63,906 bases of DNA, filler included, from Octopus bimaculoides (GCF_001194135.2; 8 parts of 7 records of this genome joined end to end with filler, not necessarily neighbours in it), one strand, 5' to 3'. Positions 12,036 through 26,650 are shown, numbered from the whole stretch's first letter. Program-made: numbers and translations. Notes: generated by a model not told the origin, from the sequence alone.

Positions 12036-12471
12036 TTGATGGCAGATGGACCACCTACTCAGCAAATCTAAACTAGAGCAAGGCACAACAATTAGGTGGT
12101 AATGTATAACAGAGGTAATATATGGGTTTACCAACTCTACCCCCACCTTTTATAATAGCTTCCTCTCAACCCATTTCTGAGTGAGATTAGCTATCTTGGT
12201 CATTACCTCATCCCAGTTCCTATCCACCTGAAAGTCTGAAGTGAACCAGACCCAAGAAACTTAACCAGGCCATCCTTCCAGTACCCTACAATGATGATTG
12301 ACAACATGGATTTGCCATTTGTATGTTGTGCTGCACGCTCGCTGAGTTATCAAGGGTAATATTTGTTCCAATCTAAGTCTCATATTCTTTCAGCACGGTG
12401 CCACTTGATTCAATTTTTATGTGCCTTGCTCTAGTTTAGATCTGCTGAGCAGGTGGTCCATCTGCCATCAA
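12036..12471. repeat. 51-bp inverted repeat with 334-bp spacer
   Basis: 12036-12086 TTGATGGCAGATGGACCACCTACTCAGCAAATCTAAACTAGAGCAAGGCAC vs 12421-12471; reverse complements with 2 mismatches. Confidence 0.9.
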
Positions 12472-13398
12472 CATCCTTTATACTGAGGGTTCAGTATGTA
12501 ATAACTGTTGATGCACAGACATGTGTGGAGGCTGTAGCATCAACCGTGATTCTTAGTAATATGTGTTTAGTAAAGGATGAATATTCATCTTTTATTCATT
12601 CTTTACTAGGCATATATTTTCACAGTCTGTCTCTTTGGTGGAACTGCGGTCTTGGCTCAAGTGAAGATCAAGACTGAATGCTGGTAGCTGTAATGCTGTC
12701 AGGCATTCGCATTCCTCTTGCAATTTTTGGAACTTCCATGTTAGCCTTCCCTAGAAAACTAGTGGTGGGAAGAGTGATGGTGTTCTTGGAGAATCTCTAG
12801 GCATCAATGAGAACTGACCAGCTGGTCTGTCCTTGAAGACTTTCAAATCTTTTCTGGCCAAATCTTACCTCAGAAGGCACAAAGTGTTAGCCCCACAACT
12901 GGTTTCTCATTACTAGTTTATATGTAGAAAAGTATTAAAAAAACAACAAAAACGTTTTTCCTAGTGTTGTAATAAATTTTATTCATATCTACCTCAGTCA
13001 ATTAAATGCAAGTTTTTTGATACTTTACACTTAATTTTTGTGATCTATTTCTATGAAAAAATTATATAGCGTTTTATCATTACATAGCCCATCATCATCA
13101 TTATAATAACTATTAATTATTATTATTGTTTTTATTGCTGCTGGTGTAATAGAAGTAATATCTGTAACATTCATTAACAAATACTGAAGTGAGTGATGGG
13201 ATAAATTAGCAAGTTATCACAAATATAGTTTTGTTATAGACAGGAAATAGATAATCAGTGAAACTGACTGAAACAGAAATTGTATCCTTTTGAGTCAAAA
13301 GGAATCATTCTATGCCACTCATTTGAAATTGTGTTGCAGTATTTTTAAAGTGAGAGTATACATACATATATATATATCTAGCTTTAGCTAAACCTTAT

Positions 13399-13509
13399 CT
13401 ACAACGCCACTGAATAGAAGCGATATTGGCGACCGTTGCTTGTTATAACAGACTTCTCATACAAAGCTCCTGCCGCTGGTCTTCCAATTGGTAATCTGTC
13501 TCCTTCCGT
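13399..13509 (-). CDS. Candidate terminal exon of an unidentified gene
   Basis: Strong acceptor TTTTTTTCTTCTCCACAG|; phase-0 reading TEGDRLPIGRPAAGALYEKSVITSNGRQYRFYSVAL*; AATAAA about 270 nt downstream (~13130). True frame uncertain; no family recognised. Confidence 0.45.
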   Translation of the reverse strand, partial: TEGDRLPIGRPAAGALYEKSVITSNGRQYRFYSVAL

Positions 13510-15226
13510 CTGTGGAGAAGAAAAAAAGAAAAAAGGAAAATCAAAATTACTGTGAGAAAATGTGCTGTTCATAATGAGTTGTTGATGTTTGAAAAACAAG
13601 AACATTATGTGAGACAAAACTAAAATATTATGTGCAAATCAATCATCTATACCATTCGAATTATCTAGGAATTAATCTGTGGACATCCTTCTAATACTAT
13701 GGTGACAGGAGTGACTGACTGTTGATGGACTTAGGACATTGATGATGGAACAAGATATGTATTCCATCTATCATCAAGCAAGTTCAAGTTGTAGTTAATA
13801 GATGATGATAGTTTATCATTATACTGTGTAACAAAATTTTAATTTGTTTTATCTTTGGTCAGTAAATGTTATTTCGTATTTGCTTCTATCAAGAAATCAA
13901 AGGAAATAACTGCTATTCCCTTCAAACTTTGCTTTGAAATTGACTGACTTACTTTCCATTACATTTCCCATGGATTCACTGCTCAGTTGCTGAAGCAGAA
14001 ATATCATTATAGCAAATATTCTGCTTAACACCACAGATTTGCTTGTCAGTTGCTTGATCTTAACCACTTGAGCATGTCTCTTAGTGGCTGACTAGTGGGG
14101 GAGCATCATAGCCATGTGTTAAGAAGGATGGCCAGGCATTGCTGTTAAACTGGATGAGGGATTAAACCTAATGATCAAGAAAAAGAATGGTCCCTTTGAT
14201 AAGTATCCACACAACATGTCTAACAAATTCATTTTGTAGGTCCAAGGCTATGCTAGAAGATATTTGCTCAAAGTGTCACTTAACATTCAACCCGAGACTG
14301 CATAGTAGCAAAGTAAACATCTTAACCCCACAGCCATGCTTATTATAAAGTCTATCTCAAGCATGAACAGTATGAAAGAAAAATTGTGATTCTTATACAA
14401 ATGAGTTGTCCGTTTACATTTTTTCTTTTATTTTTTTGTGATCTTTCACCTTAGAGACATCTGTATGGGATTGATAATGAAAGAAAATAAGGATGAGAAT
14501 ATACAAAAATAAACTTAGCTACCCTGGATAAGTTAAACAAATGAGTAAATGCTTGATTATAAAAGATTTTTGCATTCATATCTCAACAATATTCTTTTGT
14601 TAACTAATGAAGGTTGGATCATAGGAAATAAGACATTTCTTGTAGAAAAAAAGATACGTGAAAAAGTTATTGCAAATTAGTAAATGAAAATATAATTCAA
14701 AAGTTTACAGAAAAGAAGTTTATGAATTACCTTCACGTGTATATTTTTAATATGAAATGTTTTACTTTCTACAAAGCTATATTCTTAAGTTAACTAAATG
14801 ACACTGTTGAGAAATGAGAGCAGAAACCTATAATAATGGCATTTGATGATAATCAACTTTTAAGCATTTACTTACTTAGGATAACTTACTTAGAATAACC
14901 AAGTTTATTTTTCATTCCCAACTTTATTTTCTTTCATTTTCAATCTTGCACTTATATGTTCCCAAGATGAATCACTCTTGTTTTTTTTTTGTCTATCAGT
15001 ATTAAACAATGTAAAGTGTATTTTGAGTATTTTTCTAGAACACTTCAGTTTCTAGCATAAACACAAGGCCTCAGATTTCAAACCAGTACTCAACTGGTGC
15101 TTATTTTGTCAACACCAAAAAGATGAAAGTCAACCTCCGCATCATCTGAGTTTAGAATGTAATGGTTGAAATATCACAAGCCGTTTTGTGTGTCACTCTA
15201 CTGATCATGACAATCCATTGCCATAC

Positions 15227-15267
15227 ATTTCAGCAGACAAGCAGCACAAAGTTTATCCAGTATCCCC
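15227..15267 (-). other. Candidate 41-nt internal exon
   Basis: TTGTTTTCAG|GGGGATAC...CTGAAAT|GTATGG. Confidence 0.35.
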
Positions 15268-15583
15268 CTGAAAACAAGTATTTTTACACTTAATTAGATA
15301 ATATGGTATATCGCTTTTCTCTAAACTACCAAACTGCTAATTAGTCCCTGCAATTTCACTACTCTATTTTTAACTATTTATATTCAGAGCGCATCACAGT
15401 ATCAATGATGGCACATGAACTCTCATCTCTCCCATGGAGCCTTTTTCAAACTAGTTAAACCACTCACTGTTTTCTTTATTTATTAACTCTATAAAATGTA
15501 TGGAAATATTCAATTACATAACCACCTGAAACGAAAAATCACTAATACTTTGATGGTTGTCGAAATGTAAGAGATGTACAGTA

Positions 15584-15669
15584 TTATGAGAGGGAATAAA
15601 TTATGAGATGGAATAAATTATGAGAGGGAATAAATTATGAGAGGGAATAAATTATGAGAGGGAATAAAT
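15584..15669 (+). repeat. 17-bp minisatellite, ~5 copies
   Basis: ATTATGAGAGGGAATAA repeated in tandem. Confidence 0.9.
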
Positions 15670-15736
15670 AAATCAGAGATGGTGCAGCGATTGACACTGC
15701 TGTTGATTACATCATTTTCAGTTTAGTTGTACTTAC

Positions 15737-15769
15737 CACTCAAAAACGGATAGATAACAATGTTTGTAG
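15737..15769 (-). other. Candidate 33-nt internal exon
   Basis: TTTTCTTCATTCGTATAG|CTACAAAC...TTGAGTG|GTAAGT; alternative upstream acceptors exist within ORF 15917-15723. Confidence 0.4.
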
Positions 15770-15926
15770 CTATACGAATGAAGAAAATGTTTTCCAACAC
15801 ATCAAACCATGTGCCGAGTACTTTAAAGTAAATAGTAAATATCATGCTAGGTAATACGAGGCTTTGGAATTCAAGACCATGTAATACAACTCTTTTCAAA
15901 AATGCCTGACAATCCATTTTGCTTAC

Positions 15927-15971
15927 ATGAGATAGAGGAGAATTAGAGAAGAATGAATCGGTTGTTTATAA
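15927..15971 (-). other. Candidate 45-nt internal exon
   Basis: TTATTTTTGAACATAG|TTATAAAC...TATCTCAT|GTAAGC; only the phase-2 frame is open (YKQPIHSSLILLYL). Confidence 0.3.
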
Positions 15972-16146
15972 CTATGTTCAAAAATAAGAATAATAAACAG
16001 ATATAAATACTATTGGTATTGAACAAAAAATGTACAGGCAACTTCTTTTCTGGCAACAGCATTATCAGATATCACCCAGCATAAATTAGGGCAACACCAA
16101 AGAAATGATTTAACATACATCATTTGTAGTACAAAGTATACCATAA

Positions 16147-16526
16147 GTTGTTGGCACTCCGTTGCTTATGACGTCGAGGGTTCCAGTTGATCCGATCAAT
16201 GGAACAGCCTGCTCGTGAAATTAGCGTGCAAGTGGCTGAGCACTCCACAGACACGTGTACCCTTAACGTAGTTCTCAGGGATATTCAGCATGACACAGAG
16301 TGTGACAAGGCTGACCCTTTGAATTACAGGCACAACAGAAACAGGAGGTAAGAGAGAAAGTTGTGGTGGAAGAGTATAGCAGGGTTCGCCACCAACCCCT
16401 GCTGGAGCCTTGTGGAGCTTTAGGTGTTTTAGCTCAATAAACACTCACAATGCGCGGTCTGGGAATCAAAACCGCGATCCTATGACCACAAGTTCGCTGC
16501 CCTAACCACTGGGCCATTGCGCCTCC
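16147..16526 (-). mobile_element. tRNA-derived SINE family B, full length
   Basis: Head GGAGGCGCAATGGCCCAGTGGTTAGG (A box) ... GGTTTTGATTCCC (B box); (CAA)n tail; closely similar to 27431-27815. Confidence 0.9.
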
Positions 16527-16825
16527 ACTATATCAAATATTATAGAAAATTTAGACTTTAATCAAGACAAAGTATAAGAGAACGAGGTAGAGAAAGGAAT
16601 GAAATTGCTCAAATTAACAGATTTGGACAAAGTTTTAGCAAAACGTTATTTAGGAGTGTTATATGGAATATCATCAAATGCTGTAATGCAACCTATTTGC
16701 TGCAGGTTGATCTATGACAGTTCTAAAACAAAGGCCTCATGAAAGCACAGTATAAACAAATGAATGAAAACTGAAGGAAATTGAGAGGATAGTAATCTCT
16801 ATGACAAATATGATAAATAAATGTA

Positions 16826-16873
<48 letters not shown>

Positions 16874-19800
16874 NNNNNNNNNNNNNNNNNNNNNNNNNNN
16901 NNNNNNNNNNNNNNNNNTTAATTAATTAANNNNNNNNNNNNNNNNNNNNNNNNNNNNNNNNNNNNNNNNNNNNCACACACGACGGGCTTCTTTCAGTTTT
17001 CGTCTACGAAATCCACTCACAAAGCTTTGGTCGACCCGAGTCTATAGTAGAAGACACTTTCCCAATGTACTCATCTCTGCGTGTATAAATATAATATATA
17101 TTACTAGTTTAAAATGGATCAAAGATAAAAAAAAAAAAGTCCATGTTCCGATTCTCATAGGTTGTGTTATAACTACGATGTTTAAATGAAAATTTACATC
17201 ACTTGCATTTGTTTGTTTTTTATCTTGTCCGAAATTTTGTCTTGATTGGTGCAGGGTTCCATTGATTTTTATTGAAGTAAATGAGTTTTTACTCCAGATG
17301 ACAAGTCTATGTGTTAGAGTGAACGGAACTGGAACAAATACCGTAAAACGTGATTACCGACATTTGGTATTAATTATTGACGTAATACGAGTATGTGTGT
17401 GTTTTTTATGTAGATGTGTCTGTGCGTTTGTGTTTGTATGTGTTATTATAGCTCTGTGTGTGTGTATCTGTATGTGTAGAAGCATTAGGCGTTAAGTACT
17501 TTTCTGAATATATGGTTTGAATGCTGGTTAGTTCGTTCATCTGCAAAAGTGCTTTCCTTCAAAACATCCGAATTGTGGAAGCATTTAACTTATCAACGAA
17601 ATTCATGTTTTTGTTATAGTCAGTAGCGCCTTAGTTCCTTTAATATTGACAAGTATCAGTGTCTTCCGCTACACATCACAAAATTTAGTGAAATGTATTA
17701 CGGATTAAACGGCGATACATACTGAAACACTTCAATAATACTACTTTTGAAAATGAAATATAGCGCGATCCAAAAGGCCAAAATTATTCAAAGTTTATTG
17801 AATCATTTTGGCATTTAAAACAATGGTTCCTTATTGAATCAATTCGAAACATATTAAAGATAATATATAGTTCTGAATATGTTTCTCCATCGAAGTATTC
17901 GTATTTGACACAAAGCAAGTTACGCCTGGTTAAGATCGAGCATTTGACATGCAGCAGAATTATTTAAGGTCGAGCATAGCTATCAACAGCCTCTTAGCGA
18001 TATGGCTGTTCATAGTCATTGACTGTTCATAATTTTTTCGTGATTCAGAATAAAGTTTATTCATTTCCAGTATTAACAGTGTTGCTGTTCCGTCGACTCA
18101 ACATGGACGAAAAATTATGACGCTTGCTTCACAACCACAATGTCCCATTATCGATCCCAATCTTTTGGTATAGTCTCAAATCGCCTCAAAGCATGTAAGT
18201 GAAATTGAGTGAAGGAAAACTGTGTAGAAGCCCATGAGATTGACTGTACTAGTCATTTTAAGCTCTAAATTCATGTGATTCTGATTCCACCAGAGAATTA
18301 CGTTAAGGACAGACGGGTCTGTGGATCATTCAACCACTAAAGAGTCTATTCCATAAGCAGATTGTTCAAATGATTGAAGTAAGGAAGAAGGCTCATCGTC
18401 GAAACTGACGGAAGTGCAATATTTATTATATGTCATTTACTCGCTCTCCCTTCCTTTCATTCTTTCCGGTAGTAGCGTAAAAAAGTTATTTCTCCTCCAT
18501 TGCCCATTGTATTTTTTTCACTTCAGGTGAGAGACAATTTAGGAATTTTCTAGAAGTACAACTACTTCTCATAACCTTTTAATTTTACTGATCATTTTAT
18601 TGTAATTTTGTTCTGTAAATCTATGCCTTTCACCAGCTATACACAACTCTGAAGAACCAAGTTATATGATGAAATGTGATTGCGAAACGCGTTTGCAGGC
18701 AATAAGTCTTTATAACCGTACAATATGAAATTTTAATTTCAAACTAAAATCGAATTTGCTCCTCCGGTAACATTGAATATTGGTTGAAGCTACCTTAGAA
18801 GCGTAGTAATGCGAAACGATACAACTGAAACTTTAAAAAAGGAAGTGGGCAGCAAAGAAATGATTGACATAACAAAGAAGTATAATCTGGATTATTTCTT
18901 AAAATGTCTAGTTAACAGCTGTACATGTGTAAAATAATTCGTTATACCTACGAACATAAAGCTATATCACACGTAATATTATTTGAGATAATTATAATAT
19001 AACTGACAATTATAATTATAACTGACAACTAAAATAGTATAAACACCACGATAACGTAGCTGCGAACTCTTGGATTCAAGGAAATTAGCCAAGTTTTTAT
19101 GCAGTACATCGTAATTAAAACGGGAATGTGTGTTATTATGTTATAATTCTTAACAATTTAAAGGCTTGACTTTCAGTTTCAAATTTGGTTATATTTTGGT
19201 TATATTTTTGTATCTAAAAGTATTGTCTGTAAAGCTTATTGATATGAAATAATCAAAATAATAAGATACAGACACGCACATGTACACATATGTACTTGGT
19301 GTAAAAAAAGACGAGGATTTAATGCAAAGAAACAGCCAATTTTTTTTATATTCTGCATATTTAATCTGTAAGAAGTGAAAATAAACAGGACTTCTCTGAA
19401 ATTTTAAGTTGAACTATGTAATTCTGCATTGTTTCATTGTTAGAAACTTGTCCTTTATTTATAAGAAGAATAAAAAGAAAAAGAATAGCAAAATACAGAT
19501 ATACATTCCTATATAGTAATGATGCACGTTTCCACAGTGTATATGTTCCTTACCATCATAGTCCGTATTCCTGATGCAGATTACAATCTGTAATATTCGT
19601 GGACATCAGGTGGATTTTAGTTCATGCGTTCATTTCATGAGGCAATATGGCATTTAAAGTTGGAAGCAAGAATGTATAAATGAAGGATGTTTATCAATTT
19701 TCACCAACCAAAAGTTTCATTGGGGTAAGTGGGAAGGGGAGTTTGGTGTGTATTTGGTACGGAAGAATAGAAGGTGATGGAGGGAGAGAGAAAGGAATGG

Positions 19801-22760
19801 TAAGGGAGAAATGTGCGGTGAGACTAGACTTGTTTTGATATTTGTGTGAGCACGTATTGTGATGGGTAGCATAGTTTATTAGTTTTACCTTAGTCACAGC
19901 TGGCACTTTCTAAGTGAATTCAGATGTTGTAAAGTCAGGAAGAAAACTAGTTTTGGTGTTGAAGTTGACAAAGGATGTTCTCTTAAAGGATGCCTATATA
20001 TATACATATACACACATACACACAAACATATAGATATACATATACATTCACATGCATACATACATACATACATTCATGCATACATACATACATACATGCA
20101 TACATGCATACATACATACATATATATATATATATGTATATATACACATATAATATGTGTGCATGTGTTTGTTTGTTTGTTTGTGTGTGTGTGTGTATGC
20201 GCGCGTGTACTGAAAGAGAGAAAATGGAGAATAATGGATGTATAACTAATTTTTTACGATATAAATATGTTGAATTTTTTTATAAAAACAATACAAATAA
20301 ATTATAAATTATAAAGCTCTAAAAGAAATGGCAGATGCCAAAAACCTACATATATGTTTCGATTCATGCACCTAGGTAATACGTAATTCTAAGCATTTGC
20401 TAAGAATTGGTATCATTTTCAACTATATAGAGCAGAATCTCGTCAGAGCTTTATGAGCTTATACAACAAAGGTTAACATATTTCTTGAAAGTATGCAGAC
20501 AAATCTGTCTGCATATCATACAAGTAAATTATTTATTCATACATTATTTTTCATTTTCTCTCTTTCAACATTAATAATATGTATTACTATAATAATCCCT
20601 AACATATCGTCGAGACTTCCTTCTTATATAATAGTGATTAACCAGTGGAATTTTTGGATTACTTAATCCCTAATTAGGACCTGACATCCTCGAATTGACT
20701 NNNNNNNNNNNNNNNNNNNNNNNNNNNNNNNNNNNNNNNNNNNNNNNNNNNNNNNNNNNNNNNNNNNNNNNNNNNNNNNNNNNNNNNNNNNNNNNNNNNN
20801 NNNNNNNNNNNNNNNNNNNNNNNNNNNNNNNNNNNNNNNNNNNNNNNNNNNNNNNNNNNNNNNNNNNNNNNNNNNNNNNNNNNNNNNNNNNNNNNNNNNN
20901 NNNNNNNNNNNNNNNNNNNNNNNNNNNNNNNNNNNNNNNNNNNNNNNNNNNNNNNNNNNNNNNNNNNNNNNNNNNNNNNNNNNNNNNNNNNNNNNNNNNN
21001 NNNNNNNNNNNNNNNNNNNNNNNNNNNNNNNNNNNNNNNNNNNNNNNNNNNNNNNNNNNNNNNNNNNNNNNNNNNNNNNNNNNNNNNNNNNNNNNNNNNN
21101 NNNNNNNNNNNNNNNNNNNNNNNNNNNNNNNNNNNNNNNNNNNNNNNNNNNNNNNNNNNNNNNNNTGTATATATATATATATATATACAAAGGGTCACGG
21201 TCACGTCCGACATGTAACCTATATCAGGCTTAGTAATGGGATCCAAACTGCACTCCAATATCCAGTGTAGTACTATGCGGGTCACCAACCTCGGGTGTAC
21301 GGAGTATTAACTAAGTAATAGAAAAGAATAATAATAGTCAGAAAACAGGTGTGGCGTTCAAAGCTGTATATGGCATATACATGTTTCACCAAAATGCTGA
21401 AATAATTACATAACTAGTAGTAGAGGCAGTGTACACTCATGCACTTTACCTCCTAAGTGTAGCAAGGAATACACAACTATTTTCTGCTTAATATTATCTT
21501 TGTGTTTTTGTGTGTCTTTCCGCCAGTCCGTTTGTGTGGGTGGGGGCGGTCACCCTATAAATAATGCGGTTTTTTAATACATTATTTTCCAAAATTAAGA
21601 TAAAGTTCTTTCTTAATCTAAAATGTAGTCTTCTTTATTTTCTACAATGCTCTTCCACCTATATGGTAGACTTGCAATGCCCCTCTTCCAAAATTTGCAA
21701 CCCTGTATTTTTAATTCTTTTTAATATGCCGTTACTAGCGTGTCTATATTTGCTGTGTCATTCGTTCCTAATGATAGACTTATATAGCTTGATATCAACA
21801 AAGTAAATGTTACTTGTTTTGTCCGCTGGTACATAGACATACAAACACAAACACACACAAACACACACACTACACACACACACACACGCATACATACATA
21901 CATACATGCATACATACATACATACATACATACATACATACATACATTAATTTGATATGTATAAATTACTTCAATATTTCAGAACTTTCCGTATCTCATA
22001 TGAGGTCAGAAATAATTAAACCACCAAGTATAGTGTTTTCTACGGTTTGATATTTTAAAAAATTTGAAGCACGAGCAATATCACAAAAAGTTCGGAAATT
22101 AAAACAAATTAATACTTTAACAGTAATTTTTGGAAGGTTAGTGAAAAATCAATAAATCTAATGACAATTATGATATCTATGAAATTGACTGTCTGTGTTT
22201 TTAAGATGCTAAATTTCTCATCTAAAACAAGAAATGATCTGGCTCAACTACATCGATTCACAAGATGGAAATGCGGAAATATCAAGACGGTTTTAAAAGT
22301 GATAACTCTATGTGGTCAAATCAGAATATATTCAGTAGATATAATAGATATAGTTATTTTGATATCAAAAGCAGCCTAATACAAATAAAAAAGCATTAAA
22401 TTAAGAGTCCAAATATGTCAGTTAGTGGCATAATTACAAGATAATACAGTATATTTTAGCTATATTTTGTTAATACATGTTTTGCTTAATTAATATTGAT
22501 TACTTTCAACTGGACAACTTAAACAAGTTGAGATTCAAGTAAAGAATCTACGCTAACGAGAACCATGGTAGATAAGAAAACAAGTATTATGCTGCACAAC
22601 ATTTCTCAGTAATAAGATTTATTCGCTTGCGGTAAGAATAATTAATTATGACAAAAAAGTATCAGTTCAGAATAGTCAACTCTTTCATTATTGATCGTTA
22701 AGATTGACACACTCGTAAAATATGAAATTAAGTTAAATTCTGAAATATTTTTATTTTCCT

Positions 22761-22799
<39 letters not shown>

Positions 22800-22802
<3 letters not shown>

Positions 22803-23221
22803 CAATGTTAATTCTCTAAATGAAGTATTAACAGTAACTGCACGATAAAGTGTAGTATATTGCCACTTAAGTGTGGCTGACCCCTAGGGGTGGATGTTAC
22901 TGTTGCTTTTAGCCCCAGGAGGACATCTCCTCCAGCTGGCTTATCGACACACTACTGTGTCCTGTTTGCCAAGGGAAGTTATCCCTCTCATTATGATCTG
23001 TAGCACGAACGGAGTCGGGTTTCAGGGTTATTTCCCTTCGTCAGCGTCCGATAGCCACTGATCTTTTATGAGAGAGATAAAATCTTGGCAATCTTATATC
23101 TACTTTTCCAGTGAAATTCTTCACTGATATCGAAAAGGTGAAAACAAGCAATGTTAATTCTCTAAATGAAGTATTAACAGTAACTGCACGATAAAGTGTA
23201 GTATATTGCCGCTTAAGTGTG
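22800..23221 (-). mobile_element. 346-bp unit with 76-bp direct terminal redundancy and a hammerhead-like motif; Penelope pseudo-LTR or retrozyme-like
   Basis: 22800-22875 and 23146-23221 match at 75/76 nt; minus strand contains CTGACGA-AGGG-AAATAA-CCCT-GAAAC at 23044-23019. Confidence 0.65.
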
Positions 23222-23458
23222 ACTATGTACGAATGTATGTGTATGTATAGATATATATGTATGTTGTAATTATAAAATTCAAGGATCGAAGTGTAATGAG
23301 TTTGTAAGCTTCGAGCAGACCCTGGTTGGTAAAAAACAACGTTCAGGAACAATAATAATTTATTGGCATCGATCCCATATATCGATAGACGTATCCCATA
23401 TATCGATAAACTGAAAGATTTTTTTGTAGTTCATGGTTAGCAAATAGAGTTGCTGTGA

Positions 23459-23712
23459 ATGCGAAATGAGGGAGTGGAACAGGTAAAATGAGCTTACATA
23501 CGTTTCCTATATAGTAGATCCTCTCATCTAATAATTACTCAGGAAGGGGTACTCAGCTAGCGACTCATAAAGACCGAAGATACCTTAATTATATTCAGGT
23601 GGTATGAGTAGCCAGCTGAGTACATCTCGTTCAGTAATTATTACGTCAGAGGATCTGCTAGCTAGGAAATATATGTATCCTGCATTTTCCCTGTTCCATT
23701 CACTCAGTTTGT
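23459..23712. mobile_element. ~250-bp imperfect foldback hairpin (MITE-like)
   Basis: Left arm TGAGGGAGTGGAACAGGTAAAATG...GTACTCAGCTAGCGACTCATA pairs along its length with right arm TATGAGTAGCCAGCTGAGTAC...CATTTTCCCTGTTCCATTCACTCA. Confidence 0.8.
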
Positions 23713-24053
23713 ATATATNNNNNNNNNNNNNNNNNNNNNNNNNNNNNNNNNNNNNNNNNNNNTTAATTAATTAANNNNNNNNNNNNNNNNNNNNNNNNNN
23801 NNNNNNNNNNNNNNNNNNTACTACAACATTTACACTATTGTTTTCTCCTATGTATATTTTGCCTCTTCTCTTTTACACCAATGCATTATTTTTATCTCTG
23901 ATATTTTTCTTCTTCTTCTTCTTCTTCTTCTTCTTCTTCTTCTTCTTCTTCTTCTTCTTCTTCTTCTTCTTCTTCTTCTTCTCATTATTATTTTTGTTGT
24001 TGTTGGTGATGGAACTGGTATTTTTTTGGGTATTTTATTGTCTAAATTTTATC

Positions 24054-24107
<54 letters not shown>

Positions 24108-24439
24108 GGTATTATTGATCGTGTTGGTGCTGCTGTAAAATAAACACAATATCAAAGTAAAAGTAAGAGAGTAAGAGAAAAAAAGTAAATAAATAAATAA
24201 ATAAATAAATAAATGAAAAATGATTTTTCGAATAATCAACGATGGCAGTTTTTGCATGCAAGTGTGTTGTTATTTATTGGATATATTTCAGGGATTCCAA
24301 CTCATTTTTAACGTTCTTGTTCAGTGTCTTGTATAGTTTGCAATAAATTTAAAATTATAACTGAAATTCTGTAGCGAATGTGATTTAGAACATTCGTTTC
24401 CGTCCAGAAGATCAAATTATCTCTCTTCTTATTGTACAT

Positions 24440-25915
<1,476 letters not shown>

Positions 25916-26579
25916 TAATATGTCACGTGAAAAACAGATTGTGATAGAGAAATCAATAGAAGGAGGAGAATTAAACATTTAGAAAATATAGACATGTACT
26001 ATATCCACACACATACACACCCAGACACACGCACATACATACACGCACACACACGCACGCACACGCATACACATACAGAAATACAAACCATCAATGTGCA
26101 TGTCTGTATATGGTCGTCGGTCAGCCATTTTTATGAAAATTTTAATCAGAGGCGGAAAGACAATATCGATGACGGATAAGAAACAGCTATCTTCAGAACT
26201 AGACATCTGACTTGAATGCTTGGAACTAGATAGATTCTGTTAAAGATAACCAAGGCTAGAATGGAAGAAATTGTTGCGAAATTCAACAAGAATCACATTC
26301 TAGCTATCCCAAAAAGTAAGAATACGTTAGATAACGTAGTCGTAGAAGATTTCAGAAATAATAATAATACGTTAAAAGATTTAAATTCAACAGAACTAAA
26401 AGTTAATATATATATATATATACGATGAAAGTAAACAAACAAAATTTGTTTTTTTTTTAGAAGCGTTGAGATGTATTGAATGATACAGAAATAGTTTTTT
26501 TAATTCTCAAACGCGTGATAATGCTAATAAATAGTAATCAGGATAAATTATCCATTCATTGCAGTAAAATACGTTACCG

Positions 26580-26650
26580 GCCAACCATGAGACTCGAACT
26601 TACATTCATGTGATTACGCGACAAGTGCTTTACCATTAAGCTAAACTGCT
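26580..26650 (-). pseudogene. tRNA-Thr(CGT)-like pseudogene inside a 20-bp inverted repeat
   Basis: AGCAGTT-TA-GCTT-AATGGTA-AAGC-A-CTTGT-CGCGTAA-TCACA-TGAAT-GTAAG-TTCGAGT-CTCAT-GGTTGGC: intact D stem and A/B boxes, broken anticodon stem and mismatched acceptor stem. Confidence 0.7.

Noticed and set aside
16060-16125. Possible intronic C/D snoRNA on the minus strand (ATGATGT...CTGA)
   Set aside because: Imperfect C box, no terminal stem, no rRNA complementarity I could recognise.
18645-18695. CTGAAGA...GAAACGCGTT hammerhead-like motif
   Set aside because: Core halves present, but I could not form stem I or a convincing stem II; at most a decayed PLE remnant.
22876-22945. HDV-like ribozyme fold on the plus strand
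   Set aside because: A P4-like hairpin and partial P1 exist, but no P2 partner or canonical P3/L3.
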